A stretch of DNA of 64,000 nt from Thermoplasmata archaeon (lineage in GTDB: Archaea > Thermoplasmatota > JASEFT01 > JBBABA01). Below the pieces are notes generated by a model. It made no database searches, had not been told where the DNA came from, and was given only the letters and a program-made list of their open reading frames with translations. A program made the translations under genes and the position numbers. Shown here piece by piece: positions 28,541 through 38,810 of this stretch. The stretch is from NCBI GenBank assembly GCA_041657955.1, contig JBBABA010000006.1, forward strand, positions 64,566 through 128,565, given 5' to 3'. Each line of letters begins with the position of its first letter. Positions within the stretch are counted from its first letter, which is position 1.

Positions 28541-29791
28541 ATGGCAAGAAAGGTATGTATAATCGGAGGAGCTACGACACCGTTCGATTACGGCCCTACG
28601 GGGTTCGAGAGCATAGAAGGTGGTGCTGCGGAGTGTATCAGGGAAACGATGAAAGACGTCCCTGAGTTTAGGATGAGAGATTTGGACTTGATGATATACT
28701 CTCATTTCTCTGTGCATTTCGGCCATCAATTGGCGGCCGAATGGGTGATTCATGACCATCTTGGCCTTGTGGGCCTGCCGCATTTTAGAATCGAGAACGG
28801 CGGTAATACTGGTGGCTCAGCGCTCTATGGTGCGGCCTTGGCAGTTAAATCCGGAATGCACGACGTAGTCGGCATAGTTGGCTGGGAAACCATGGACTCT
28901 GTAGGCCAGTCCCAGGGAAGCGAATTTATTGCGTTGGCATCAGATATTAGATACGAGTTGCTGGTGGGCGGAATATATCCTATCTACTATGCAGCCATGG
29001 CTAACAAATGGATGAGAGACAACAAGGTTACAGAGGAAGATGTAGCCAGCATTGCAGCAAAGAACAGAAACAACGCGATGGACAATCCCAAAGCCCAATG
29101 GTATAGAAATGAGCATAAATATATCACGGTCGACGATGTGATGAAATCTCGATTAATATCATACCCAATAAAGAAATACGACTGCTGCCTCATGACAAGA
29201 GGCGTGGCATTCATGCTAGTTACGACCGAGGAATATGCCAAGAAAATTAATCCTGACTATTACTGCACGGTTGACGGTTTGGGTCTATCGAGCTGCACGA
29301 TAAGGGCAGGCGACAGACTGAACTTCCCAGGTTGGACTGAGCGATACGGCCCGAATTATCCCGAGATGACAGAGTTTGGTGCCTGCAGGGCATCGGCTGA
29401 GACTGCTTACAAACAGGCAAAAATTAAAAATCCAAGAAAAGAAATAGATTTTGGCGAGATACATGATGCTTTCAGCACGTCTGAGGCACAGATATACAAA
29501 GCGCTGGGACTTGCCAATAAGGACAATATGGCACAATTCCTGAGGGATAAAGAAACACACATGGAAGGAAGCATACCGATGAACCCAGGTGGCGGTTTGA
29601 TGGGTTACGGCCATCCAGTAGGCGCGACCGGTATAATGAGTTCTATTGAAGCGTACTATCAACTTACGGACATGATTCCCAAGAAACACCTAAGCTCAAA
29701 AACCCAAGTTAAAGACGCAAACACTGGCGTAGTAAACAGCCACGCCGGAACAGGGACAAGTATATCCAACTTCATCCTAAGGAGGGTTTAA
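28541..29791 (+). CDS. SCP2-type thiolase-like protein lacking the usual N-terminal catalytic Cys
   Basis: AAKNRNNA..NP, EIHDAF and NPGGGL..GHPVGATG are present. ENGGNTGG stands where thiolases have ExACAS/TG. Start ATG 28541 after AGGTGA. Confidence 0.88.
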   Translation: MARKVCIIGGATTPFDYGPTGFESIEGGAAECIRETMKDVPEFRMRDLDLMIYSHFSVHFGHQLAAEWVIHDHLGLVGLPHFRIENGGNTGGSALYGAALAVKSGMHDVVGIVGWETMDSVGQSQGSEFIALASDIRYELLVGGIYPIYYAAMANKWMRDNKVTEEDVASIAAKNRNNAMDNPKAQWYRNEHKYITVDDVMKSRLISYPIKKYDCCLMTRGVAFMLVTTEEYAKKINPDYYCTVDGLGLSSCTIRAGDRLNFPGWTERYGPNYPEMTEFGACRASAETAYKQAKIKNPRKEIDFGEIHDAFSTSEAQIYKALGLANKDNMAQFLRDKETHMEGSIPMNPGGGLMGYGHPVGATGIMSSIEAYYQLTDMIPKKHLSSKTQVKDANTGVVNSHAGTGTSISNFILRRV

Positions 29792-29792
29792 A

Positions 29793-30440
29793 ATGGCAAA
29801 GACAAAGAAGTTTGTAAAGGAAGTGAATTTTACTACTGTAAAGGATTTCAGGCCAAAAGGCGTCGAGGAGACAGGATTAGCTTTCGTCGGCTACGAAATA
29901 TCTGACGACAGGAAGGTAATGAACCAAAAACTCCACTATGACCAGCTCTACACGATAAGACACGGCTGGAACTCTCCGTTTTTCATCGGCCTTGTCGATG
30001 GCAAGATAATGGGAACAAAATGTCCTAAATGCGGCGACGCATGGGTGCCTGCGAGAACACACTGCTGGAATCTTGATTGCAACCTCGAACACACAAAATG
30101 GATCGAGATGCCTCTGAAAGCAAAAGTGCACACATGGACTGTGGCAGGCTGGTCTGGCAGGTCGTCCCTGAAGAGACTGCCTATCGTGCTAGTGTACGCA
30201 GTAGTCGAAGGGTCAAAGGTAGCAATCGCCAACGAACTGCACGGCATCAAACCATGGGACGCAGAATTCGGCATGCCGCTAAAGATAGTGTTCAAACCCA
30301 AAGAGGAAAGAGTGGGTGCAGTAACAGATTTCTGGTACGAACCCGCAGAGGGTTGGAAACCATCCCCGATGACTCCGGAGAAAGAAAGGATAAAGAAATT
30401 GGTCGAACCAGTCTATGAGTGGGTCAAAACATTGCAATGA
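29793..30440 (+). CDS. DUF35 Zn-ribbon/OB-fold protein (thiolase partner)
   Basis: FF.GL..GKIMGTKCPKCG...P.RTHC...C and GMPLKIVF; starts 1 bp after the thiolase stop. Confidence 0.9.
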   Translation: MAKTKKFVKEVNFTTVKDFRPKGVEETGLAFVGYEISDDRKVMNQKLHYDQLYTIRHGWNSPFFIGLVDGKIMGTKCPKCGDAWVPARTHCWNLDCNLEHTKWIEMPLKAKVHTWTVAGWSGRSSLKRLPIVLVYAVVEGSKVAIANELHGIKPWDAEFGMPLKIVFKPKEERVGAVTDFWYEPAEGWKPSPMTPEKERIKKLVEPVYEWVKTLQ

Positions 30441-30464
30441 AAGAACCCTGAAGTGAAAGAAATT

Positions 30465-30494
30465 GCCCCGATGTTTCGGGGCTTTCCATTTTTT
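30465..30494 (+). terminator. Hairpin plus T-tract terminator
   Basis: GCCCCGA-TGTT-TCGGGGC followed by TTTCCATTTTTT, downstream of the DUF35 gene. Confidence 0.7.
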
Positions 30495-30625
30495 ATATTT
30501 GAAAAAGATTCGAGATGTTTATTTTTGAAAAGTACGCCAGGAAATTAGATTATTAGATAGATATTTATTTGATATATTGTTATTTTGATACATTATAAAT
30601 ATTAAATATCTTATTGTGAGGTCGT

Positions 30626-31060
30626 ATGCGAATTAAACTTATCTGCGTCGGGCGGGTAAAAGAGCAGTTCATAGCCCAAGGGTGCAGCCTGTACTTAGAG
30701 CGATTGGAAAGACTGCAGAGACTGGAGGTTATAGAGGTTACAGACCTGGACACAGACAAGGAGGGAAAGCTCATACTCGCAAAATGTAAGGAGCTTCCGA
30801 TCTACGCCTTCTCTGAAGAGGGCGAGGAGTTCACGTCTATCAAGTTCGCGGATTTAATCCGTAATCTTACGAGTGCTACAGGCGATGTTGCATTCGTTAT
30901 CGGCGGTCCAGACGGCCTGTCCGACGAAGTAAAGAAAAAGGCGAAAAAGATCATCTCACTCTCCAAGATGACCTTCACGCATGAGATGGCGCGGCTGATA
31001 CTTCTGGAACAGATATACAGAGCCGTGGCTATACTGAAAGGGATGCCGTATCACAAATAA
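30626..31060 (+). CDS. rlmH: 23S rRNA (pseudouridine1915-N3)-methyltransferase
   Basis: FVIGGPDGL, SLSKMTFTHEMARLILLEQIYRA and C-terminal PYHK. Confidence 0.96.
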   Translation: MRIKLICVGRVKEQFIAQGCSLYLERLERLQRLEVIEVTDLDTDKEGKLILAKCKELPIYAFSEEGEEFTSIKFADLIRNLTSATGDVAFVIGGPDGLSDEVKKKAKKIISLSKMTFTHEMARLILLEQIYRAVAILKGMPYHK

Positions 31061-31097
31061 ATTTTCTAAAAATAAAATTATTAAAAATTGGTCGGTT
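31002..31097 (+). repeat. rlmH 3'-end repeat, copy A (native gene end plus downstream flank)
   Basis: 31002-31060 matches copy B and 31035-31097 matches copy C. Confidence 0.92.
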
Positions 31098-31176
31098 AAA
31101 TGGTGGATATACACCATTGAAACATAATTGGAATATTACTTGAATTTTAACACGCCAATTTTGTTTATACCGTTTC

Positions 31177-32322
31177 TCACACCAAGAACCCCCAACTATG
31201 CTCGCAGTTGCCGTATCCTCCGTCCATCGAATCCAGCCGTATTACGCGCTCCTTGTTCTTGTGGTAGAACTGCTTTACTATTGAGGGGTATTCGTTGTAG
31301 TACAATATTGTATTCTTGAGCGGGAACGGTTGTTCGAATCTCCAATATGCGTGCGCGTACGCCTCGCACTCGACGTATATCTCTTCCTCTTCTTTCTTGT
31401 TCTTCGCGCCTACGCTGAACGTTGGAAGGTGGGATGATGCTGGATTGTGCTTCTTGCCGATCCAGATATTTTTCATCTCATATGTCTTGTCCTCTTTCGC
31501 GCAGTAGAACTCGACCTTGTTCGAAAGATATATGCGTCCTCTTGCCTCGAACGTCCTGTGCGGTTCAAGGCCGCGCATGAGCATTGGAAGCCCGGCGTGG
31601 AACGCCGAATACTGCAGGTACGAGCCGTCACCGAAATGTATCGCGCTCCAGTACCAGGGCACCGCAGGGGAGTTTACTGTGACCTTCTGAAAATAGGCGG
31701 TGCCAGTGATGTGTTCCTTTTCCCCAGTGCCGCCTTCTCCAGGTTCGGTGCGCATAGTGCCCGCAAGGTCCATCTTTCTTATCTTCATTATGTTGTAGCC
31801 GTATTTCTTTCTGAACATGCGCTCGCTGTAATCGTGCTGGGAAAGCGGACCGCTTACACAAGGCGTCATCGTGAAATCAAAATCGATGCCGGGTTTTTTT
31901 ATGAACAGCTTATATTCTTTCTTGTTGCCCTCGAACCTGCATCCGTCCTTCTTTTTTGTCACGGAGAAAAGCGCGCCGCTCTCCGAGTCGTCGCCGTAGT
32001 CCAGCACTGCGTACTCGTCGCGCTCGAGAATGAATTCGTCTGTCATCTTTTTTCCGTCAAAATACCATGCCGCTGCCATGCCGTCGAACTCAAGGCCGGA
32101 CTGCGTTTTCTTCAGCCCCTTCTTCCTTTGCCAGGGCATCTGGTCGACCAATATATTTTTGCAATTTTTCGTTGACCAAAGTATCATGAATTGCTTGGGG
32201 TGAAGCGGGTCGTCTTTATTGTCGATATAGAGAAGCCAGAACCACCACCACCACGTCAGGCGTGGGATCTTTATGCCGGGGTCCATGAACCACATACTAT
32301 CTCTTTGGTGCCGCATTGCCAT
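31177..32322 (-). CDS. Hypothetical protein, possibly tocopherol-cyclase/AttH lipocalin-like fold
   Basis: 381 aa with WWWWFW, GTAYFQKV and PWYW motifs. The fold assignment is inference. Confidence 0.7.
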   Translation of the reverse strand: MAMRHQRDSMWFMDPGIKIPRLTWWWWFWLLYIDNKDDPLHPKQFMILWSTKNCKNILVDQMPWQRKKGLKKTQSGLEFDGMAAAWYFDGKKMTDEFILERDEYAVLDYGDDSESGALFSVTKKKDGCRFEGNKKEYKLFIKKPGIDFDFTMTPCVSGPLSQHDYSERMFRKKYGYNIMKIRKMDLAGTMRTEPGEGGTGEKEHITGTAYFQKVTVNSPAVPWYWSAIHFGDGSYLQYSAFHAGLPMLMRGLEPHRTFEARGRIYLSNKVEFYCAKEDKTYEMKNIWIGKKHNPASSHLPTFSVGAKNKKEEEEIYVECEAYAHAYWRFEQPFPLKNTILYYNEYPSIVKQFYHKNKERVIRLDSMDGGYGNCEHSWGFLV

Positions 32323-32398
32323 CCCGTATCTACCTCTTGGCGATATAAATGTTCAACAATAAACATTTATCAGTGTATTAATATCTTTGGTGTTGGGT

Positions 32399-32457
32399 TT
32401 CTGGAACAAACATACAGAGCCGCAACTATACTGAAAGGGATGCTGCATCATAGGTGA
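32399..32457 (+). repeat. rlmH 3'-end repeat, copy B (degenerate)
   Basis: 48/59 identical to 31002-31060 without gaps. Encodes LEQTYRAATILKGMLHHR* versus LEQIYRAVAILKGMPYHK*. Confidence 0.92.
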
Positions 32458-32544
32458 AAAATGAGTCTTTCGACCTAAGGGCGGGTTGTACACCCAAAAC
32501 ACACATTGCCTCCCGCCCATGCACAACTATAATTTTATAAAACA

Positions 32545-32562
32545 ATAACTTTATAAAGTTAT
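32545..32562. promoter_or_regulatory. Palindromic operator upstream of the toxin-antitoxin pair
   Basis: Perfect 18-bp palindrome ATAACTTTATAAAGTTAT, 27 bp upstream of the antitoxin start. Confidence 0.65.
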
Positions 32563-32589
32563 AATTACATACATATTATTGGTGATACT

Positions 32590-32787
32590 ATGAGCACAAT
32601 AGCACTTCCGCAAGACACACTGAAGGAGCTCAAGCTCCTGCAGATAGAAAAAGGCTACAGAAGCATGAAAGACGTGGTAGAGGATCTGCTCCTCGAATAT
32701 AAGAGGTCCAAGTTTCTGGCAGCGAGCGAGAATTTCAAGCAGAGGATGAAGAAACGCGGCATAAAAATCGAGGAACTGGTAAAATAA
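32590..32787 (+). CDS. Putative antitoxin (RHH-like)
   Basis: 65 aa, STIAL..DT..EL..L...GYRSMKDVV..LL pattern, directly upstream of a PIN gene. Confidence 0.75.
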   Translation: MSTIALPQDTLKELKLLQIEKGYRSMKDVVEDLLLEYKRSKFLAASENFKQRMKKRGIKIEELVK

Positions 32788-32810
32788 ACGTAGTTCGGGA
32801 AACTGATAAA

Positions 32811-33218
32811 ATGAACATAGTAGTCGACACCAACATCCTCTTCTCGGCGTTATACGATCCAGACTCGAACGCTGGCCTGCTTATCATGGCCGCAATAGAC
32901 GGTGTTATCGACTTATACGCACCGGATACAGTAAAAGAGGAAATAACCCGCACAGTTAAAAATAAGCTGTCGTACACAGAAGAAGAGGCGGAAGAACTCA
33001 TCACATCGTTGCCTGTGAAATGGATCGAAAGCGAAGCATACGCATCTTCCATGCCTTACGCCAAAACACAACTTAGCCACGAAAACGACGTCCCGATACT
33101 CGCATGCGCCCTAATGCTCGGATACGACATCGTAAGCGGCGACAAGCACCTGTTGAATATCAAGCCGGAAATCGTAAAGGTGTGGGCGCTATGCGAACTT
33201 GTGAAAAAACTAGCATGA
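32811..33218 (+). CDS. vapC: PIN-domain toxin (VapC-like)
   Basis: IVVDTNIL, EE, D..ILACA and IVSGDKHL. Confidence 0.88.
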   Translation: MNIVVDTNILFSALYDPDSNAGLLIMAAIDGVIDLYAPDTVKEEITRTVKNKLSYTEEEAEELITSLPVKWIESEAYASSMPYAKTQLSHENDVPILACALMLGYDIVSGDKHLLNIKPEIVKVWALCELVKKLA

Positions 33219-33277
33219 AAGGGATGCGTATCACAAATAAACTTTCTAAAAATAAAATTGTTAAAAATTGGTCGGTT
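33216..33277 (+). repeat. rlmH 3'-end repeat, copy C
   Basis: Matches 31035-31097 with one deletion and two substitutions. Overlaps the PIN gene stop codon. Confidence 0.93.
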
Positions 33278-33388
33278 GGACAATTTTTGCAAAGGATAGT
33301 TTGTTGATGCACATTTCATCTAACCATTGATAGTAGCATGAACTTGGTTGATATATCACTTTCCCAACTCTATGTATACCAATTTAAT

Positions 33389-33619
33389 TTATTTACTCCT
33401 TCTCATTTTCTTTTTAGTTGTGAAAAACAAAAAAAGAGTCGTCCCTCCAATAAACAGAAGTAAGAGAATTATTACACTTTGAAAAACCGAAGAAATCGCA
33501 TCGCCAGATACCAAATTAGAATCAATAATCAAAATAACTACCATAGCGATGAAAATACAAAGCATTATTTTGGCAGAAACTCTCGCAACTATCTTCATGC
33601 CTAATTTCTCCATATCCAC
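33389..33619 (-). CDS. Small AT-rich two-TM membrane protein
   Basis: GAGGAGG RBS before a GTG start, two hydrophobic helices and a basic tail. Confidence 0.6.
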   Translation of the reverse strand: MDMEKLGMKIVARVSAKIMLCIFIAMVVILIIDSNLVSGDAISSVFQSVIILLLLFIGGTTLFLFFTTKKKMRRSK

Positions 33620-33682
33620 AATCCTCCTCTTAGGATGGTGGTGAAACTCTCTTTACCAAAATCAGTACAACCCCACATTATC

Positions 33683-34801
<1,119 letters not shown>

Positions 34802-34989
34802 TTATAACTTTAAAAAAGTTGTGCATGTAAAGCTGAAATTTAGTGCATATCGTGACTGCCAGATTAATACGATCCATGTACTCCACCAGCACGATTAGAT
34901 GTTCGCGCATCTTGACGGCCACGCAAATCTAACCCAAAAATTATTAAAGCAAATATCCTCTACTCCCATACTGAGAACGGTGATGTGTT

Positions 34990-35298
34990 ATGGACATAAT
35001 GTTAGGAAACATCAAACTTACGAATTGCGCGATAGACAAGGTAGTGGAAAGAAGCGTCGAGCGGACGATAGAACCCGGTAAAGACGGCGACGACTTAGTC
35101 GATACTGGGGCTAGATCCGCCGAGTTCACGATCAAAGGAAAACTCTCCATGGAAGCATTTAAAGCGTTAGAGACGGAGATCAAAAAAGGACAACCGATGT
35201 TCAAGTCGGATTTTGGCATATATAAAGTTGCAGTCAAACGCATAGAATACAAATCCACAGGAGAGTACACCCTTCTCATATTGGAGGATATTTTATAA
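34990..35298 (+). CDS. Hypothetical protein with resemblance to phage tail/DNA-circularisation N-terminal domains
   Basis: GGTGA RBS. IEPGKDGDDLVDTGARSAEFTIKG motif; resemblance judged by eye. Confidence 0.65.
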   Translation: MDIMLGNIKLTNCAIDKVVERSVERTIEPGKDGDDLVDTGARSAEFTIKGKLSMEAFKALETEIKKGQPMFKSDFGIYKVAVKRIEYKSTGEYTLLILEDIL

Positions 35299-35344
35299 TA
35301 TTACGTCTCCAACTGATAAAAAAACATAACGATTGTGGACGCAC

Positions 35345-36751
35345 TCATTTATACAAATCCAAACTCTTCTGGAATCTAACTCTTTCTCCGGAGATTTCGA
35401 TCGGGTATTCTTTTGTCAGGCATCCCAGGCACAAGTCGTCGTAAGGTTTTCCTATTGACTCGACGAGTTCTTTGACTGTTAAAAATTCAAGGGAATCCGC
35501 GGCAATCTCTTTTGCTATCTCGTCCACTGTTTTGGCACTGGCGATAAGTTCCCCGCGATTTGTCATGTCTATCCCAAAATAGCATGGTGCAACTATCGGA
35601 GGGAAACCGATTCGGATATGAATTTCTTTTGCATTTGCATTTCTGATGAATTGAACGATCTTTTTTATTGTAGAACCCCTGACAATGCTGTCGTCTACCA
35701 ATACGATTCTTTTTCCCTCGATAAGCGGCCTCACTGTGTTCAACTTCATTTTTATGCTGAGGTCCCTCATCTCCTGATGCGGCATTATAAACGTTCTGCC
35801 GATGTACCTATTCTTCATCAAGCCTTCCGAGTATGGTATCTTGGACTCCATCGAGTATCCCAAAGCATGTGTTCTACCAGAGTCGGGGATAGGGCAGACG
35901 AGATCGGCCTTGACTGGATACTCTCGCGCCAATCTTTTGCCTATCTCGATTCTAACCTCATATCCATACCGTCCATCCATCAAAGAATCCGGCCTTGCGA
36001 AATACACCCACTCAAATACGCAGTGGGCTGTGTTTTTTGGGCTTGCAATCATTGTAGACTCTATACTCGTGGATTTAAGTTCTACAATCTCCCCAGGCGA
36101 TACATCCCTGACGAGTTTAGCATCTATTGCGTCGAGCGCTACACTTTCAGAGGCAACTACATAGCCATTATCGAGTTTTCCGATGCACAAGGGTTTTATT
36201 CCGTACTCATCCCTGAGTGCAAAAATTCTTCCGTTTATTATGAAAACTAGCGAGTATGACCCTATCAATTTTTTAGTCATATTTTTTAACGCACGAACGA
36301 CATTTCCTGTAGACGACAACTCGTCTGCCAGAATGTATATCATAGCTTCTTCTTCGGTATCCGTGACGAATGCGTGGCCTTTTGCCTTTAATTCTTCCCT
36401 GAGAATTTTGGAGTTTATGATGATTCCGTTGTGTCCGACTGCGATATCGCCAACAGATGTGTTCACGACTACGGGCTGAAAATTCTCATATTTGGATAAT
36501 TTAATGGAATAAAGTACGTGTCCGATGCCGCAAGTGCCTTTTAGAGACGATATCTCTTCGGGCCCGAATACCTCGTGCACTAGTCCTCTTTTTTTTATGC
36601 AGTTTATTCCGTTATCGAATGTGGCAATGCCGGCAATTTCCTGTCCTCTGTGTTGAAGAGCCCAAAGAGAGTAATAAATATATGGCGCTGCATCACCAGA
36701 AACAGCGGCGGCTACTACACCGCACTTTTCTATGGGTTTGTCATTGTCCAT
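35345..36751 (-). CDS. purF: Amidophosphoribosyltransferase
   Basis: Short propeptide then CGV, LQHRGQE, HNG, CVFEWVYFARPDS, VDDSIVRG and CLGC. Confidence 0.96.
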   Translation of the reverse strand: MDNDKPIEKCGVVAAAVSGDAAPYIYYSLWALQHRGQEIAGIATFDNGINCIKKRGLVHEVFGPEEISSLKGTCGIGHVLYSIKLSKYENFQPVVVNTSVGDIAVGHNGIIINSKILREELKAKGHAFVTDTEEEAMIYILADELSSTGNVVRALKNMTKKLIGSYSLVFIINGRIFALRDEYGIKPLCIGKLDNGYVVASESVALDAIDAKLVRDVSPGEIVELKSTSIESTMIASPKNTAHCVFEWVYFARPDSLMDGRYGYEVRIEIGKRLAREYPVKADLVCPIPDSGRTHALGYSMESKIPYSEGLMKNRYIGRTFIMPHQEMRDLSIKMKLNTVRPLIEGKRIVLVDDSIVRGSTIKKIVQFIRNANAKEIHIRIGFPPIVAPCYFGIDMTNRGELIASAKTVDEIAKEIAADSLEFLTVKELVESIGKPYDDLCLGCLTKEYPIEISGERVRFQKSLDLYK

Positions 36752-36873
36752 TATTTGATAGCTCCCCCGGCTTTTTCTCTCATAAAAACGTTATTTGTTT
36801 TCACACGTCCATAAATATTTCTCGGACTATGAATCGTAGATAGCACAACTTTAACAGCATTCTAAACTGCTGC

Positions 36874-37041
36874 CTAATGGCGTTTTGCCCACGAATAATT
36901 TCTAAGCCTGCTATTAGCACCAAATCCACAGGAAGCACATACTTTATGTTGAACATGGTAGGCATGCCTCCCGCAACGGCGGCAACGTATGTGCGTCTTC
37001 TTCGATTGCATTTTCCCCATCGATGGCGTACCTTTTGACAT
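36874..37041 (-). CDS. rpl37e: 50S ribosomal protein L37e
   Basis: Manual translation (not in the ORF track): [55 protein letters not shown]. Follows Lsm, as is usual in archaea. Confidence 0.97.
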   Translation of the reverse strand: MSKGTPSMGKMQSKKTHIRCRRCGRHAYHVQHKVCASCGFGANSRLRNYSWAKRH

Positions 37042-37061
37042 TCCGCTCTACCTCCCCCGAT

Positions 37062-37277
37062 TTATATGGATATATAAATTACATTATCTCCCCTAATTAT
37101 TGCAGTATTTAGTGTACCTTTCGTTACTTCTCCAACAACTTCTTCAACGTTTTTCAGCACCAGATTCATGTGCGGATCATAACCGTCCAGCACGCCCCTA
37201 TATTCGATCTTTCCTCTTAATGCGACAATGACGCGATTGTTGAGGTTTTGATTCAGCAATGTTAGGGGTTTGTTCAT
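37062..37277 (-). CDS. lsm: Sm-like archaeal protein (Lsm/SmAP)
   Basis: G.LDGYDPHMNLVL (Sm1) and IIRGDNVIYIS (Sm2). Confidence 0.96.
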   Translation of the reverse strand: MNKPLTLLNQNLNNRVIVALRGKIEYRGVLDGYDPHMNLVLKNVEEVVGEVTKGTLNTAIIRGDNVIYISI

Positions 37278-37456
37278 AGAAATACCTATTACTACCACAT
37301 ATATAGAGAATACTTAAAGTTGTCGAAGAATTTAACATTATTTTGTCTATAAACTCTATGTTACGTTATTATATTGATATGTGAGTGGTCATAGTCAACT
37401 CTAGAGTCTAGAAACATTTATCAACGATATTATATATCAAGGCAGTTGGTGGGGAA

Positions 37457-38788
37457 ATGACAGAAAAAACAAAAGCTAACGTTTTGAGGCTGGTCGAAGA
37501 GCATAAGGTAAAATTTATCCGTTTCTGTTTTACTGATGTTTTAGGATTCTTGAAGGGATTCGCCATTACTCCGGATGAGTTAGAAAGCGCCTTGGAGGAA
37601 GGTATGGGTTTTGACGGCTCTTCTATCGAGGGGTTTGTCAGGATAGAAGAATCTGATATGATTGCACGACCCGACCCCGATACTTTTGCTCTGCTTCCTT
37701 TGCGCTCGGGAGAAGACTGCTGTACTGCCAGAATGTTTTGCGATATTTATGAGCCGAACGGGAAACCTTTTGAAGGCGACCCCAGATACGTATTAAAACG
37801 TAATTTAGCCAGGGCGAAAGCTAAAGGGTTTACTTATTACGTAGGGCCCGAATTAGAGTATTTTTATTTTAGTAATGCTCAAACCCCGCAACCGCTAGAC
37901 CAGGGCGGTTATTTTGATTTAGTGCCCTTAGATGTGTCTCAGGATTTAAGGCGGGACACCATACTAACCATGCAAGCGTTAGGGATTGCAGTCGAATACA
38001 GCCATCACGAAGTTGCACCAAGCCAGCATGAGATTGATTTACGGTACAAAGACGCGCTGACTATGGCAGACAATGTGATGACTTATCGTTTGGTGGTTAA
38101 AGAAGTTGCCCGTAAACACGGCGCATATGCCAGTTTCATGCCTAAACCAATATTTGGCATTAATGGTTCGGGTATGCACGTACACCAGTCACTGTTCCAT
38201 GGTGAGAAGAACGCTTTTTTTGATCCGAAAGAAAAATATCATCTTTCCGAGATTGGAAAACAATTCACCGCAGGGTTATTAAAACACGCTCCGGAGCTCA
38301 CCTCGATAACTAACCAATGGATTAACTCCTATAAGCGCCTGGTGCCGGGATATGAAGCCCCGGTGTATATTTGCTGGGCCCAGATGAATCGGTCTGCTCT
38401 TATACGTGTGCCGATGTACAAACCAGGGAAGGAAAAGGCAACCCGTATCGAATATCGCTCGCCTGATCCTGCCTGCAATCCATACTTGGCTTTTTCGGTT
38501 ATGTTAGCCGCTGGCTTGGAAGGAATTGAAAAGAATTATAAATTGGGTGAACCCGCAAACGATAACATTTACCACATGAGTGCAGAAGAAAGAAATAACT
38601 TAGGTATAAAATCACTGCCAGAAGATTTACTTGAGGCGACTAAGATTACTGAGAACAGTAAGCTGATTAAAGATTGCTTAGGGGACAAGGTCTTTAGATA
38701 TTTTATCCGCAACAAAAAGATGGAATGGGATGAATACAAAGCACAGGTAACCCAATATGAAATAAACAAATATTTGCCTATACTGTAA
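37457..38788 (+). CDS. glnA: Glutamine synthetase type I
   Basis: FDGSSIEG, PELEY, HHEVAPSQHEI, NGSGMH, NSYKRLVPGYEAP, NRS and EYRSPDP. Confidence 0.95.
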   Translation: MTEKTKANVLRLVEEHKVKFIRFCFTDVLGFLKGFAITPDELESALEEGMGFDGSSIEGFVRIEESDMIARPDPDTFALLPLRSGEDCCTARMFCDIYEPNGKPFEGDPRYVLKRNLARAKAKGFTYYVGPELEYFYFSNAQTPQPLDQGGYFDLVPLDVSQDLRRDTILTMQALGIAVEYSHHEVAPSQHEIDLRYKDALTMADNVMTYRLVVKEVARKHGAYASFMPKPIFGINGSGMHVHQSLFHGEKNAFFDPKEKYHLSEIGKQFTAGLLKHAPELTSITNQWINSYKRLVPGYEAPVYICWAQMNRSALIRVPMYKPGKEKATRIEYRSPDPACNPYLAFSVMLAAGLEGIEKNYKLGEPANDNIYHMSAEERNNLGIKSLPEDLLEATKITENSKLIKDCLGDKVFRYFIRNKKMEWDEYKAQVTQYEINKYLPIL

Positions 38789-38810
38789 CAAACCGTTTCT
38801 TTGCTCTTAC

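Noticed and set aside
31325..31345. tRNA T-loop-like GTTCGAATC
   Set aside because: It lies inside a coding region and no cloverleaf can be formed.
32191..32457. 88-aa ORF ending in an RlmH-like C-terminus
   Set aside because: Only the last 19 codons resemble rlmH and the first part is antisense to another gene. Treated as a repeat, not a gene.
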